DNA of 64,000 nt from Octopus vulgaris (lineage: Eukaryota), in assembly GCA_951406725.2 (NCBI GenBank), contig OX597831.1, forward strand, positions 8,866,001 to 8,930,000, given 5' to 3'. A model generated the notes under the pieces. The model made no database searches. It had not been told where the DNA came from and worked only from the letters and a program-made list of their open reading frames with translations. Both the position numbers and the translations under genes were made by a program. Shown here in pieces: positions 1 through 14,160 of the stretch. Every line of letters starts with the position of its first letter. Positions within the stretch are counted from its first letter, which is position 1.

Positions 1-960
1 TTGTTGGATGCTCTACTAATTTTTCATCACTTGCATTCTAGAACCTATTTCCAATTGTTATATATATAGTTTTATTTATTTACTACCCACAAGGGGTTAA
101 ACATAGAGGGGACAAACAAGGACAGACAAAGATATTAAGTCGATTACATCGACCCCAATGCGAAACTGGTATTTTATTTATCGACCCCGAAAGGATGAAA
201 GGCAAAGTCGACCTCGGCGTAATTTGAACTCAGAACGTAACGACAGACGAAATACCGCTAAGCCTTTCTCCCGGCGCGCTAACGTTTCTGCCAGCTCGCC
301 GCCAATTTACAATTGTAATATAATTCAAGTTAATTATAATGTTTTTTGTAAGTATTGTCCATCTTGAATTACAATATTGATTGTGTCCTTCGATGTTTAG
401 ATGATGAGGCGAAATTTGACTAATTTTAGGCTGCTATTTCTGTCAACCGTTTCTAATTGCTTTCTATGTATCTGCTTGTCTTCTTGTATGTATCAATGTA
501 TGAGTGAGTGAGTGTGGGTGTATGTGTGTGGGTGTGTGTGTGTGAGTGTGTGTGCGTGTGTGCGAGTGAGTGATTGTAGGTGTATGTGTGTGAGTGATTG
601 TGAGGGGATGGGTTCATGCGAGTGTGTGAATATGTGTACTTTACGTGTTGAAAGTTTGCGTAGTTCTTAAGATATTTTCTTATTTACTTTTATTGGTTTC
701 CTTTAAATCTTTAATTTTAATGAAGTCTTAATTGTAGAAATTTTTTTCTATAAATTAATTGGATTCCTAATTAGAAAGACAGTTAATGTTTTTGAAAAAG
801 TGGGAGTAGAATCAATGAAGCCGGCATCTGTAATATTTCTTGTTAATGATTCTATCGACATTGGATATGAAACTTATAGCTGGCCAAAGCCAGTAGTGAT
901 CTTGGAATTCTAAGACATTACTGTTTAGTTATATAAGTTCCAGCTTACATAGTTTCCTCT
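1..960 (-). mobile_element. Highly degraded probable Penelope-like element remnant (RT-linker/GIY-YIG region), interrupted by a SINE and a (TG)n tract
   Basis: Minus-strand fragments resemble PLE motifs: TPTFSKT..NL(I)EKNF (cf. WFNPPFSKN..NLIDKHF), TSRYI (cf. YIG), SSSKH and KISRAS. Many stops and frameshifts; judged by eye only. Confidence 0.3.
76..303 (-). mobile_element. tRNA-derived SINE, family A (full length)
   Basis: Minus strand starts GGCGGCGAGCTGGCAGAAACGTTAGC (A-box), contains GAGTTCAAATT (B-box) and core GCCTTTCATCCTTTCGGGGTCGATAAA, and ends CCCCTTGTGGGTAGTAAATAAATA. Same sequence recurs at 31786, 36205, 52993 and 60294. Confidence 0.9.
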
Positions 961-1379
961 CAACCTGATAATGGTTTGAAAAGAGATCAATGTAAGGATT
1001 TCCCCCCCAATGCTGAACTCATCCTGGTCTTCGGAAAATTATTATCTAATAAATATTAATTGCTATCAAGGAGCCAGTCCTTCGTTTTCCAGCCGTGATA
1101 TACTACCATTGAAGATTTATAAATCCATATTGTGCCTTAATTCTGTGTTAGCAGTGCGATATTCTCATTTTAAAGTTTATCTCTACATATTTGCTATACA
1201 ATTCAGAGTCAGAGCCGTATTCGTATACGAAACGTCAGAACTTTCAGTGCTGACCCTGAAATCTATAGAAAATCTGGAAAGAAAAAATAATAAATATTAT
1301 CATATTGCTAACATCTGAAAGAATGTGTTTCTCTCCTATTCACCTTTGGTAAATGGAACCTTGGCCAGAGGAATTTTGT

Positions 1380-1770
1380 GATCAGACGGTATTCAACAAT
1401 CATTGGATGTTTCCACGCTGAACTATAGCTCTCCTCCGCTAGTGGTGTTAATGCAATGGCGGCCATATTTATATCCTCCTGGCTGCCATGTTTGTCTCTT
1501 CTGTCTTCATTCCATAACTAACAAGAGATTCTTTGTAAAGCCTCTTCTATTCTTCACATAACCACCATTCTCCTCTTCCTCTTGTTCCATCGGTTGTACG
1601 CATTCTCCATACTGACTAGACAGGGAATCCTCTACAGGAAACTTCGACAAGAATTAGTCCTGCTTGCCATCCCTAATCTCTCTAATTCTCAAAAAGCTTC
1701 TGGTGCTAGTGGCTCCCATCCAAAGCCTTGATTACAGTATTTATCCCATGGGATTGTGAACTTGATCTAA
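1380..1770 (-). mobile_element. 3' fragment of an RLE-type non-LTR retrotransposon (HERO/NeSL-like), degenerate
   Basis: Minus-strand translation gives IKFTIPWDKYC..GWQAGLILVEVSCRGFPV*SVWRM..ALQRISC*LW, matching the restriction-like endonuclease C-terminus (ELTVPWE..GW..PVEVGCRGF..SVW..AAERASCWLW), followed by a 3'UTR-like segment. Confidence 0.7.
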
Positions 1771-3699
1771 AATCAAACGAGTTCAGTCAATTTGCTAAAA
1801 ATAGCAGTTATGTTGTCATCAAATCAATCTGATATCAACAGGAAAGTTGTAGAAATACCAAAATAGAAATCACTAAAGCACGGAATGATTACGCTGATCA
1901 GAGTTTACTTAAGACTAAACAATAGCAACAACAACAGCAGGAGCAACATCAATGATTCATTCTTCCTAGGCAAAGTTGTTTTCCCCCACTAATTAATTGA
2001 GGAAGAAAATGCAGCATCAATAACGCATGATCCTTCATTTTTCAGGGTCCTCAAGTTTTGTGGGATAATGTAATTGTTCAATGGAATCCATGCACCATCC
2101 TTGAAACCGTTAAAGGCATCCAAGGACCGGATTGTGGCGCTTGAGAAGGTGGCGGTAAAAGTCTCCTATCCAAGAACCCAGAATGCAAGGAACCGGAATA
2201 AAATATTTGATGCATCTGGTCTGATGATCTGACAATTGTGCCAATCCATTAGACTGGGTTGGTGCTTTATTTTATCGACCAAGATATAATGAAAAAATCG
2301 CTTTCGTGGGAATTTGAACAATACCGCACGGCATTTTGTCCTAATATCTAATGATATTGCAAATTTATGGCCTAAGAAGAAGACGGATAGCAAACTAAAT
2401 TCATCACTCTATATATTTGGTATTTATTTCATGGGTCTGTGATGGACAAACGGTGACAACGACCCTGGTGGTATTTGAAATCTGATTGTAATGGTACAAG
2501 CTACAAACTGTGAAGCTACCTGAGTCGCTATCAATAATTAAAAAAAGTATATGTATCAGTTCGTAAAATGGTTTGTTATTAATGACAAACATGAAACAGA
2601 AGATTAAATTCTACAGAATTTCCCACTTTTTCCTTCTTGTTTTTTTCCTTCTTAAAGCCAGACAGTTGTTGTTGGATAATAAGGATTTTTGGTTCTTTGT
2701 AGTTTTATCATTTCATATTCTTTCTATTTACAAACTGGCTGGAATATTTATTTTCACACATTTGGAAATCTAGAGCCGCTGAATAGAAAACGAACAGGAT
2801 AATAATCCTTCTTTTCAGACTTCGTAATTAAAAATATTTCATTTTTTATCTTTTTTTATTATTTTCATTCTTTAATTTTAACGGTTGAAAATCTTTCATC
2901 AAGAGAAAGAAAATTTTCATGAAACATCTCAAATGAGACAGTCGCTTCTTTAATCAACATTCAAAAATGTGATTGATGAAATATTGATGAACGTCTCATT
3001 GATTTTATTAAACCAATATTCAATCTTTTAATGCACGATTTTGTTTTGTCACACGAAACGGAAAGAAAAGAAAAAAAAAAATCCCGAATAGGACAGGAAA
3101 ACTAATAACGCAGGAAATACGACAGATAAGAAAAAGAAAATTGTCTTTGTTTTCTGTTGAATAATTTTAACATACAGTAAATCTCTTTCTTTTCCTGTAT
3201 GATATTAATTTGAAAAGTTGTCTTTGTTTCAATGTTCATTTGCCGTTCTTATTTCGCATTTATAAAATATTTGAAAGTCTAGAATATGCTATTCTATTGT
3301 CGTCGCAATAAATAGGTAGTTATTCTAAAGAGCAGAGAAAGAACTGCTTAGAATGTAATATCGAGTTAACAAACGTCTTTAATGAATAGATTTAAAGAAT
3401 CGGCCTTTTTTTTTTATTATTTAAGTATAATTTATGATACCATTCATTTAGATTTTAGTAGGAATTCCTTTTCATATTTTACAATTTAGAGTTTACAAAA
3501 TCGATTTCGATTGCTTATGATTTCATAGGAACTTTCAGTACAGACAAAATAGCAACAGACATACAATAGCATGCGCTCATCGCAGAGGTGAGAGAATGCA
3601 ACACGTTTTCCAAAATTTTAAATATTATAAAAAATCACCCTCAAAACAGTTTAAGGAATTGGTTAGAACGTATTTATGAAATCGGAGTAATTATCGCTT

Positions 3700-4075
3700 A
3701 TTTTGTTGCTCTTTACTTGTGTTCCGAGTCCAAATGCCGCCTTTTTTTGTGTGTGTGTGTGTGGGGGGATAAAATAAGTACCAGTTGAACAATGCGAGCG
3801 ATGTAATCGACTAACACCCACTAGCGCCAAGTTGCTGGCCTCGAGCCAAAAACAGAAATAATTATATTACGACATTATAAGTCGGCGATCTGGAAGTAAT
3901 TGTAATACTTGCTCTGGTCTTTCACGTTCTGAGTTCAAATCGCGCTGATGTCAATTTTGCACTTCATCCCTTTGGACTCGATAAAATAAGAATCAATTAT
4001 ATTCAGGAATGGAAGCGATCGACAAACTCCCTTCGCTCAAAATTCCTGGCCATGTACCAGAATGAGAAAACATTA
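3700..4075 (+). mobile_element. Two degraded SINE A-related copies with the alternative (A-prime) tail
   Basis: GTTCTGAGTTCAAAT, ACTTCATCCCTTTGGACTCGATAAAATAAG and a CCTGGCCATGTACC-type tail, similar to better-preserved copies at 23678 and 27655. Confidence 0.6.
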
Positions 4076-4429
4076 TATTAGGCTATCATCACACCGCAGA
4101 TAACAAGGAACAACAATTAGAAACTACACAGGCATAGCATTAATAATAACCAAGCGTGCAAGTTCGGCAAAGGTCGGCTGCTCTTGTATAAGGCACGTAT
4201 CAAATTTTCCTGGAGATTACCTCATTTTTCACGCATCATCAGTGTCTGTGACATACAGAGTTGATTAATCGCAAAAAAATTACATTCTCTCTGGTAATTA
4301 GTTTTCTTCCTGAAATTAGATGATATTTCTTAATTAAATTTATATATGAAAAGTTAATTAGCTTTAGAAAGTAATTTAGGGTATAAAGACCAATTTCCGA
4401 GAAAGCACAGGAGCACTGACATATCAAAT

Positions 4430-4950
4430 CCAAGCATGAATGGAGAAGGGTTCGAAGCTGCCAATCGTATTTCAAAGGGCCAACCTTGTCACATTTTGTG
4501 TCACGCTGAATCTCCCTGAGAACTACGCTAAAGGTACAGGTGTCTGTGGAATACTCAGCCACTTGCACGTTAATTTCTCTGAATGTAGATAACATTGATT
4601 ACACTCTATCTTGTTCATCAGCTTATGAAAATGATTTGCCTTCGCAGTCCCCAAACTTCACTTTGGCTCAAAGGAACCTCAAAGGTCCAGATATTCAAAG
4701 TTTCAGGGAATTCCTATTGAAATTTTGAATTGGAAATTGCAACCGCAACCGACCATACCCGTCGATGTAAAATGAGTAGAAAGCTGTTGGGCGATGTAGT
4801 TCCGTCATATCCTGTGTGTCACTCCGATGTCTTTGAGTTACGATGAGGGATCCAAATGTGTCTGTGGAATTCTCATTCATTTACAGGGTATTTCAGGAGC
4901 AGGTAATTCGGTTAGTCAAAACAGCAACTCCGCTTCGTTGACCACGGAAA
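4430..4950 (+). mobile_element. Degraded interspersed repeat (SINE family E body), two partial copies
   Basis: GTGTCACGCTGAATCTCCCTGAGAACTAC..GTGTCTGTGGAATACTCA near 4500 recurs in diverged form near 4815-4880 and in 11370-11490. Confidence 0.5.
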
Positions 4951-4958
4951 TAATGTCA

Positions 4959-5021
4959 TCACCACCACCATCAAGGTGACCACCACCACCACCACCACCA
5001 CCACCACCGCCCCCCACCGCT

Positions 5022-5055
<34 letters not shown>

Positions 5056-5104
5056 TGTTGCTCTCCCACCTCATCCCCACAACCATTACTCACCATTATC
5101 AGCC

Positions 5105-5156
<52 letters not shown>

Positions 5157-5189
5157 AAATACTACCACCACAATCACCGCCACTACTAT

Positions 5190-5249
<60 letters not shown>

Positions 5250-5400
5250 AACAACTACTAACACCACAACCACCGCCACTACTATTACTACTACTACTAC
5301 TACTACAACTACTACTACTACCACCACCACCACAACCACCACCACCGCTACTACTACCACGACAACGACGACGACGACCACTACCAACACCACCTCCATC
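4959..5400. repeat. Compound trinucleotide microsatellite (ACC)n/(GCC)n/(ACT)n
   Basis: Direct reading; the overlapping poly-V/L/Y ORFs are artefacts. Confidence 0.95.
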
Positions 5401-6030
5401 AACAGCTACAACACTTGTTTCATTGCAGAGAGGTATGTTGGCAATATGATAACTTATTTTTATGTGTGTTGTGCAATACCGGAGTTCATTTGGTTGTGGA
5501 CGAGTAAGGGGAAAAATGCTACAGACGTCTGTCGGTTGGTAACCACATTGACTAACTACGAAGCAATTTGGATAGAAATATCCCTGGCTTACTTGAATAT
5601 CGGAGAAAATCAGTTAAAATATATGGCTGTAACTGGCAAGATGTATATCGACGGTAATAACATTTTATTCAGAATGAAATGAAAACGAGAGTATTACTAC
5701 TGTTAGGAACTATAAAATGTATCTTTTCCAAACTTGTACCGTAATCGCAGTGAAAGAACTAAAGCAAACATACCTACTTTCTCTTCAAAGAATTTAGCCA
5801 TATTATACCTGACGGGGTGCTTTTGGTTTCCTCTTTCTTGCTATTAGAATTACCAAAGACCAATTATATATTGACATATTAAAGACATCCTTCGTACATG
5901 AGATTCATTTCAATGGAAAAATACAATTAGATAGGCAAATATGAAAGTGCTGCCCAAGGTTCACTTCGTTATCGATTCACGCATACACATTCATAAATAA
6001 AACCGCAGAAAAGAGTGCATATATATAGAG

Positions 6031-6090
<60 letters not shown>

Positions 6091-6252
6091 ATATACACAT
6101 ACGCACACATTAGAGTACACATTTATATAATCGTATAACTCTGGATACCTGTTTGCCAACATACAACGTACATATATATATATGTATGTATATTAGTGAG
6201 TATATATATATATATATATATTATTATTATTATTTTTATTATTATGTTTTTC

Positions 6253-6278
6253 GTTATTTTACTCTGCGATAAGGAACC

Positions 6279-6320
<42 letters not shown>

Positions 6321-6346
6321 GGTTCCTTATCGCAGAGTAAAATAAC
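6253..6346. repeat. Perfect 94-bp palindrome centred on (TA)n
   Basis: GTTATTTTACTCTGCGATAAGGAACCTACA (6253-6282) and its exact reverse complement (6317-6346) flank pure (TA)n. Confidence 0.95.
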
Positions 6347-6353
6347 TAAAAGC

Positions 6354-6401
<48 letters not shown>

Positions 6402-7055
6402 AAGAAGAAGAAGAAGAAGAAGAAGAAGAAGAAGAAGAAGAAGAAGAAGAAGAAGAAGAAGAATGTATATAAATATGTATAAAAAATATTTTTTCCTGCC
6501 GAGAAAATGTAACCTTAAAAATAAGGAAATAAATTAATAAGTAGCCAAGGAAAGAATAAACAGAGAGAGAAAGGAAATTCAATGAGAAGGAATTTTGTTT
6601 TTTCTTCGTTTGTTTTTCTTCATTCCTCATGAATTGCAGAATACCGAGAATTCGCTTAAGGACAGTTCTATGTGAAATGCGAAAGCAATTTTGAAAAGAA
6701 CTTACTTCATTATTAAGCAAATACTATTTGTTATGACAGTATATGAATTTTCTTTTCAGCAACTGCATATCATTGTGAAAAAAAAAAGAAACAAAAAAAA
6801 AGAAGAAAATAATAAATAAACATGAAAATAAAAAATAAAAAAAAAATTAATATATCGAAATAAAGGAGGTAAGCGTTTTAGGGTCTATCTGGCTATTTGT
6901 CTTTGGCAAACAAATTCAATTTCTTGGGATTAGTTGCAATAAAACCATACAACACTTCCAAGAAAGAAAATGGAATGGATTTCAGCATGTTGCTAACTGT
7001 TCATTATTGATCAACTATACTTTTGTGCATGTGTATGCGTTCACATACTTGTGTG

Positions 7056-7059
<4 letters not shown>

Positions 7060-7094
<35 letters not shown>

Positions 7095-7121
7095 AATATA
7101 TATACATATACATATATATAG

Positions 7122-7220
<99 letters not shown>

Positions 7221-7284
7221 TATCTACACATGTATATAACACACATTATAAACAAACACATACATACATACATACATACATACA

Positions 7285-7346
<62 letters not shown>

Positions 7347-7533
7347 ATATACTTGTGTTTATTGCGTCAGGAGGTATACGTCAAATAAAACGAAATTAGT
7401 GCATTTCACGGAGTGAGACGTGTGAATTTAATCTGGAAAGCAAAGTTCATTGAGAGAATCTTCATTAAAAATTTTTTTGAAAGATACTTTCCTTTATTTC
7501 TAATCATAGATTTATTGACACACTCATGCGCAT

Positions 7534-7614
<81 letters not shown>

Positions 7615-7893
7615 GACATCCATATGAGCAAACTAGTGATACAATGGCCTTCCAATTAGGAATAAAGTTGGCCTGCACACACCTTGCCAGCGGGGTGGTG
7701 TCTTTTAAACTAAAACAATGAGAAGAGCATTGTGACCAGCGATGTGGAAGAACATCCAATAGGCTTGTCGATATCGTGATATAAATGTATACATACACAC
7801 ACCCATCCATCCACCAACACATACACACATAAATATACTGATAAATAATGAATGTATGTATGTATGTTTGTATGTATGTATCTATCTTTTCTG

Positions 7894-7936
<43 letters not shown>

Positions 7937-7947
7937 CGCTATCTATC

Positions 7948-8046
<99 letters not shown>

Positions 8047-8063
8047 GTCTGTCTGTCTGTCTG

Positions 8064-8110
<47 letters not shown>

Positions 8111-8196
8111 CAAACAAGTAATTTACTTTCTTCTCTTTAAAATGTCAAACACATTCGATGCTTCCAAAGTTTGTTTATCTCTCTCTCACTCTCACA

Positions 8197-8259
<63 letters not shown>

Positions 8260-8265
8260 ACACTC
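7060..8265. repeat. Microsatellite cluster: (TA)n, (CATA)n, (TATC)n, (CA)n
   Basis: Direct reading. Confidence 0.95.
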
Positions 8266-8267
8266 AT

Positions 8268-8430
8268 ATACGACGGGCTTCTATCATTTTCCGTCTATGA
8301 TATCCACTCACAAGGATTTGGTCGGACCGAGGCTATAGTAAAAGACACTTGCCCAAGGTCCCACACTGTGGGACTGAACCCAGAACCATGTGGTTGGGAA
8401 GCAAGCTTCTTACCACACAGCCACACCTAT
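8268..8430 (-). mobile_element. SINE family B, 5' half
   Basis: Reverse complement of GGCTGTGTGGTAAG..CCACATGGTTCTGGGTTCAGTCCCAC..CCTTGGGCAAGTGTCTT, matching the full copies at 16522, 50313 and 57913. Confidence 0.85.
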
Positions 8431-8936
8431 ATTTTTTCAACGTATATACATTTTTAAGGGCTGCTTTCTCGAAACGAATACGGTAATTTTGCAGGCTTTC
8501 AACAATATGACTGTCACGGGTATTGTATACAGAGTATGCTGTTATATATAGATTGTTTCTTTGTGTTTGTGTTTGTTGGTTTGTTTACGTCCCCATAACT
8601 GTTTGGGAAAAGCGAACGATGGTTTAAGTATAGTATTTCGAAATCAAGTATGGGAGCAGAGTAAATCCTTCAAAGCAGGCCCCAGCATGGTTGCAGTCCA
8701 ATGGCTGAAGCAAATGAAACGTATATCTAACTGTCATATATATATAAGCAAATCGTTATTATTGTGACTGTTTTCATTTAGCCCCAGGTCGCTTTGACCA
8801 AACAATAAGACTATTATGAACAACGTTCAAATAACGACCATCACACATTCACCAAATTCAGCACACTTCTACTTTGTAAACTGCTGGATACATTATTTGA
8901 AGTAAGGTCAACTGCTATTCCTGGTATTTTGAGCGG

Positions 8937-9037
<101 letters not shown>

Positions 9038-9315
9038 CGTGTGTGTGTCTGAGTGTGTGTACGAGTGAGTGAGTGTTTGTGTGTTTGTGTGTACCTATGA
9101 TTGATATGCATAATTTGTACCTTTGCAGTTGACAGATGACCTCAGATTCCATTCGGTAAAAGGATTATATCAAGGGGATCATCTGTGGTGCGTTTGTCAT
9201 ATGCCTGATAACTTGAAGCTAACCCATGAATCACTGTAAGACCCTGCTCACTACACGTATCAAGCTGTTCCCCAGCCCTAGTATTAATGCAACTCATTAT
9301 TCGACGCTGTGTTTT

Positions 9316-9373
<58 letters not shown>

Positions 9374-9639
9374 CATTACAGATATTTCGAAATATTATCA
9401 AAATATGTTGACAAAAGAAGTGAGTCTTTTGATTCTAATCAAGAAACGCGTCCATAATTAATCGAAGACTGTTTGGTTTCATTATTTTTCTTCTTTTTTT
9501 TTTTGCCATGTGTGAGTTACAAATATTGTTGTCTGTGGAGACATGTTTTTGTAGAAATTGAATTAGTAGTCCTTTGGCTGCTATTTCAAAAATTTTCGGT
9601 ATGTGGACAAGCAACTTGTTGCTAAACCTTTATTGTTAC

Positions 9640-9729
<90 letters not shown>

Positions 9730-9884
9730 GCGCGGATGATCCGGTTCTTGACTGAAGATTAGAAGCTTCGAATGACCCATCCATTTTTTGTGTCGTCTAT
9801 TTGAATGGTTTGCGTTCTTGTCCCATTTTGTATTTGTTTATATATTTTTTATACATACATACATACATACATACATACACACAC

Positions 9885-9941
<57 letters not shown>

Positions 9942-11259
9942 ACAAGTCTGTTGCAAGTACATAGTCGTACTTGTTCTATAAGTCTTCTATCCTCGAACCG
10001 CTAATTACAGGGGCGTAAACAAAAGAACACTGGTTGCAAACACCCCCCCCATCTACGCGGCAAACTTCCGTACAGTTTTCGCGTACCAAATGCACTCACA
10101 AACATTCGTGGGTTAAGCTCTGTCGTAGAAGTTTCATGACTAAGATGTAGTGTAGAAGGATCGAACCGAGTTTCCTACTCACACAACGATTTGTAGATTT
10201 TCTTTTTTTTTTTTTTTTTATTATTTAAGAGCCCCTCCCCCGATGAACTCTGATCGTGAAAACCTCTGATCAAAAGCGTTCGATCCGTCACCAAAATAAC
10301 CTCTATGTATAATTTAGATTATGTAATCCCAAGTGTGATTTAATACATACTTAAATGGAATGGTGTGATTTGAGAGTGATTCGACCTATTTTCTACGGGT
10401 TGAGCAACAATGCAATGCTTCTCTCGCAGAATTGCTTTAATAAATTGCCTCGACAATGAGAAACAGTATTTTCTATTTAGAGACGCAATGTGTTTTGTAG
10501 TTTCTGCAAAAGTTTTTTTCTGAAGATTTATAGCCAGATTGAATATAGTATTTTTTTAAAAAATTTGTACTTCTATGTCAGAAGACAATATAGACTGCCA
10601 CACTGTAAATCTTTTCTGTGTTTAACTGGAACAGTGAAGCAGACGGGATTTTAATATTACTGCAGTTTCAGACAAAGAAGAAAAAAACCCCAAAAAAAAA
10701 AAAAAAAAAAATTGTCAGTCGCCATTTTGAAATTTGTTTATGTCTTAATTTCGTGCCAAATGAAGTAGACTCGTTGCAGTTATTTTTTCCCCAGATCGAT
10801 ATTGGTACCGACTAATCTCAAACCAAAACTTTCACGTGGGTTTCAATAAAATTCATTTGAGATTTATTCTAAAAATTCTAAAAAATTTACCTGGAACTTC
10901 CGATATGGTAGTTTAATGCTTGTATTTATATAAACCGGAAATTTACTGTATATGCCAACAACAACAATAACAACAACAACAACAACAACGGCAGCATACA
11001 TAAAAGAACGCAATAGTGAAAGTAAAATGAGATGCGTTAACTATATCCATATGGAAAGTTATCCGCAAGATAAAGAAATATAATACTGAGCTTTTTGAAT
11101 GTATTTTTGGTGTGAAATCCAGCAAGATATTGGAAAAATATCTGAATTACGATTCCTAAGAAGAAGTCGTCAGCTTTACATTTTTTGAATAAAGAATTAA
11201 TCGAAGACTGCTGAAGTGTAAAACAGATGAGAAGTCCAGCAGCATCTATAGTGTAGAGA

Positions 11260-11498
11260 GGACGTGTGGTTTAATAACTGGGATATTCGGCTCACGATCG
11301 TAAGCACGTGAGTTCGATCCCCAGTGGATCCCCAGGTAGCCGGCGAAAATGAGTTGTACCAGTAATTCAATGGTCCAGCAGTTTCGAATTCGGTTTATCA
11401 CGCTAAATTTCCATGAGAATTACATTAAGGGTCCAAGCAGGTAGTTCCGTTGATCGAACCAAGTGGAATCCTCGTCGTCGTGATCGATGGAAAGCCAA
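11260..11498 (+). mobile_element. Degraded tRNA-headed SINE (family E)
   Basis: Head GACGTGTGGTTTAA..GGCTCACGATCGTAAG..GAGTTCGATCCCC (A/B boxes); the body matches 4450-4930. Confidence 0.6.
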
Positions 11499-11625
11499 GC
11501 TATAACTTAGAGCTTTTTATATGCACAGGATGTACGTAAGTGTCGGTTAGTGTGTGTATATATATATGTGTGTGTATGTGTGTGTGTGTGAGTGTATATA
11601 TATACACATACATACACAAGCACAC

Positions 11626-11658
<33 letters not shown>

Positions 11659-11724
11659 CATACATATATATATAAGCATATACACAACTATACATACACA
11701 CACGCAAACCAACAAATACATACT

Positions 11725-11785
<61 letters not shown>

Positions 11786-12619
11786 GTGTACTTACGTATA
11801 TATGTGTGTATGTTCCATCTATTCATGTATGTATGTATACACACAGTCTGACGCACACGCACACACACACACACACTCACACACACATACACACATATAT
11901 ACATATATACATCTAAGAGTCGCCCGGGAGGAACCGCCAGCCCTACCATCCTAGCTACGCTACTTGAAAAGATGTAGTTTTCGATATCCAAAACAACGGG
12001 ATGGTTCCCGATAAGAGTTGACCTGAGGCTAAAAAAAAAACTGAGTTAATTCGGTTGTTGTTGAAGATGAGGGAGTCATTGGAATCTGTAATGTGGGTTT
12101 ATTGGGGATGAAATGTTGCTGTATTGAAGAAACGAAACTTCCGGAGTCTGAATACTAACAGCGATCTACAAATTAATGATATTATTTGATGTCCGTCTTA
12201 ATTTAATTCTCAACTACAAAAGTCAAACAAATCCTCCTTTATTTGTTCAATAACCAAATAATAAAACGAAAAAGAAAATAAGCAATTTACATTATATTTT
12301 CAATAATTTCCTGCCAGTTTTTTTTTTTATAAAAACCTTTCCCGCGTCTTCCTTCTAATAATGATAGCTTTATGAATACTGGCGTCACTCTTTCCAATAT
12401 TTCCAGAAAAGAAAAGATCCTAGTTCTTTGAAGCCCAGGTTTTAGCAGTATTTCTAAATTTCTGGTATAGAATTCACTTTAATTCTTCAACAAATAAATA
12501 TAATTCACCATCTTGATCCACGCTTTACAATGATCTAGCTTCCACGGCGTTCTACAAAGCCATAATGTTTCAAGCATAAACGATATATCTTAAAACTCCT
12601 TTTTGTCATACATATTATG

Positions 12620-12861
12620 TACAATCGTGGCAGAAAATCTGGAATATTTCTTTAAAATTTAAAATTGTTATGACTAAGTACAACTGGATTGGATTCAATT
12701 ATAGCCTTGGGCATTTAATATCAAAAATTTTAATTTTCAGACCTATCTTCCAAAGGTTTGGCCAAGTAATAATATATTGCAAATTAAATATAACTTTGGA
12801 CATTTAATATAAAAATTTCTTATTTTCAGGCCTATATTCCAAACTTTTGGACACGACTGTA
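12620..12861. mobile_element. Tc1/mariner-type MITE with TA target duplication
   Basis: Left TA|CAATCGTGGCAGAAAATCTGGAATA versus right (reverse complement) TA|CAGTCGTGTCCAAAAGTTTGGAATA: 19/25 identical, Tc1-like CAGT start. Internal direct repeat of about 57 bp (12707-12763 vs 12796-12852). Confidence 0.6.
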
Positions 12862-13825
12862 AATGAGTGAGACGACTGCGATATTTCCCATGAGAGAAAG
12901 TCTCAGATGAGCTTGGAATACATAAAAACGTTCCTGTTTATATCGCAGGCCGGAGTAAAGTAGAGTTCGGCCTCATATAACACTGGTCCCTGAAGCTCCA
13001 TAAGTTGCAAGCGTTTGCCCTTTGTCTTTTGCTGGGGGATTACTCCCTGCTACCAGCTCGTGGTCACTGTAAAACTCCATTTCTATTATCCACCATCTTA
13101 AGAGAAACCATAAATGAATGCTGTATTTCGAAAATGTTAAAAGTTGATCATCATAAATAAGTGGAATGGTAAATCTATATTTATTTCGCTTTACAAAATA
13201 TATGTATTGAAAGATACTTATTCAACTTCTTACTTCAGGTCATATTGTCTCAAAAAGACAAATTAATATCTTTCAGACGTCTACCCTTCAAATTCGTCAA
13301 ATATTTGCTGTGTCTCAACTAGTATAAAACTCAACTTTATCAATCAATAGTTATATGTAAGACTGTACAAATATGTTTTGACAGACGTTAATGTGATATT
13401 GTTCTATATTTTATAATACAGAAATATAGAATTTTATTATTTAACTTGGCAATGAGACACAGCGAAGAAATAGTGTGATCGAGTGTGCGACAGGCCAAAT
13501 AACTTGAGGATACGTAGAGAAAGTTTATTTTGTAAGTTCAGATTCCATCAAGACAAGTCTAAGTTTTCAATACTTTGTGATTAATTATAAAAGAGCCAAA
13601 ATTTATTGGGCTGAATAATAAAATTTGGCCCTTACAGCAAAAAAAACCAACAAAAATCAAAGCAAAAATGTACTGTGGCATTATGTGAATATTAAATATT
13701 ATAATTTAAATGTTTAAAAGACGTTAATTACCTGAAGATGATGTTAAAAATTATGATAAATAAACACACAGGGGTTTCTATGAATTACTCCAGGTATTTC
13801 AGTTGTATATTTTATGAAGTTGTTG

Positions 13826-14160
<335 letters not shown>

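Noticed and set aside
158-367. Recurrent ORFs of the type MRNWY..DERQSRPRRNLNSERN (also 31904, 36093, 60171) and ..[17 protein letters not shown] (8158, 26534, 50340, 57541)
   Set aside because: They are antisense translations of SINE families A and B, not a protein family.
1170-1500. Apparent minus-strand exon-intron-exon (GT at 1343, AG near 1258)
   Set aside because: The upstream exon is the 3' end of a HERO-like retroelement with stops, so the splice-like motifs are probably chance.
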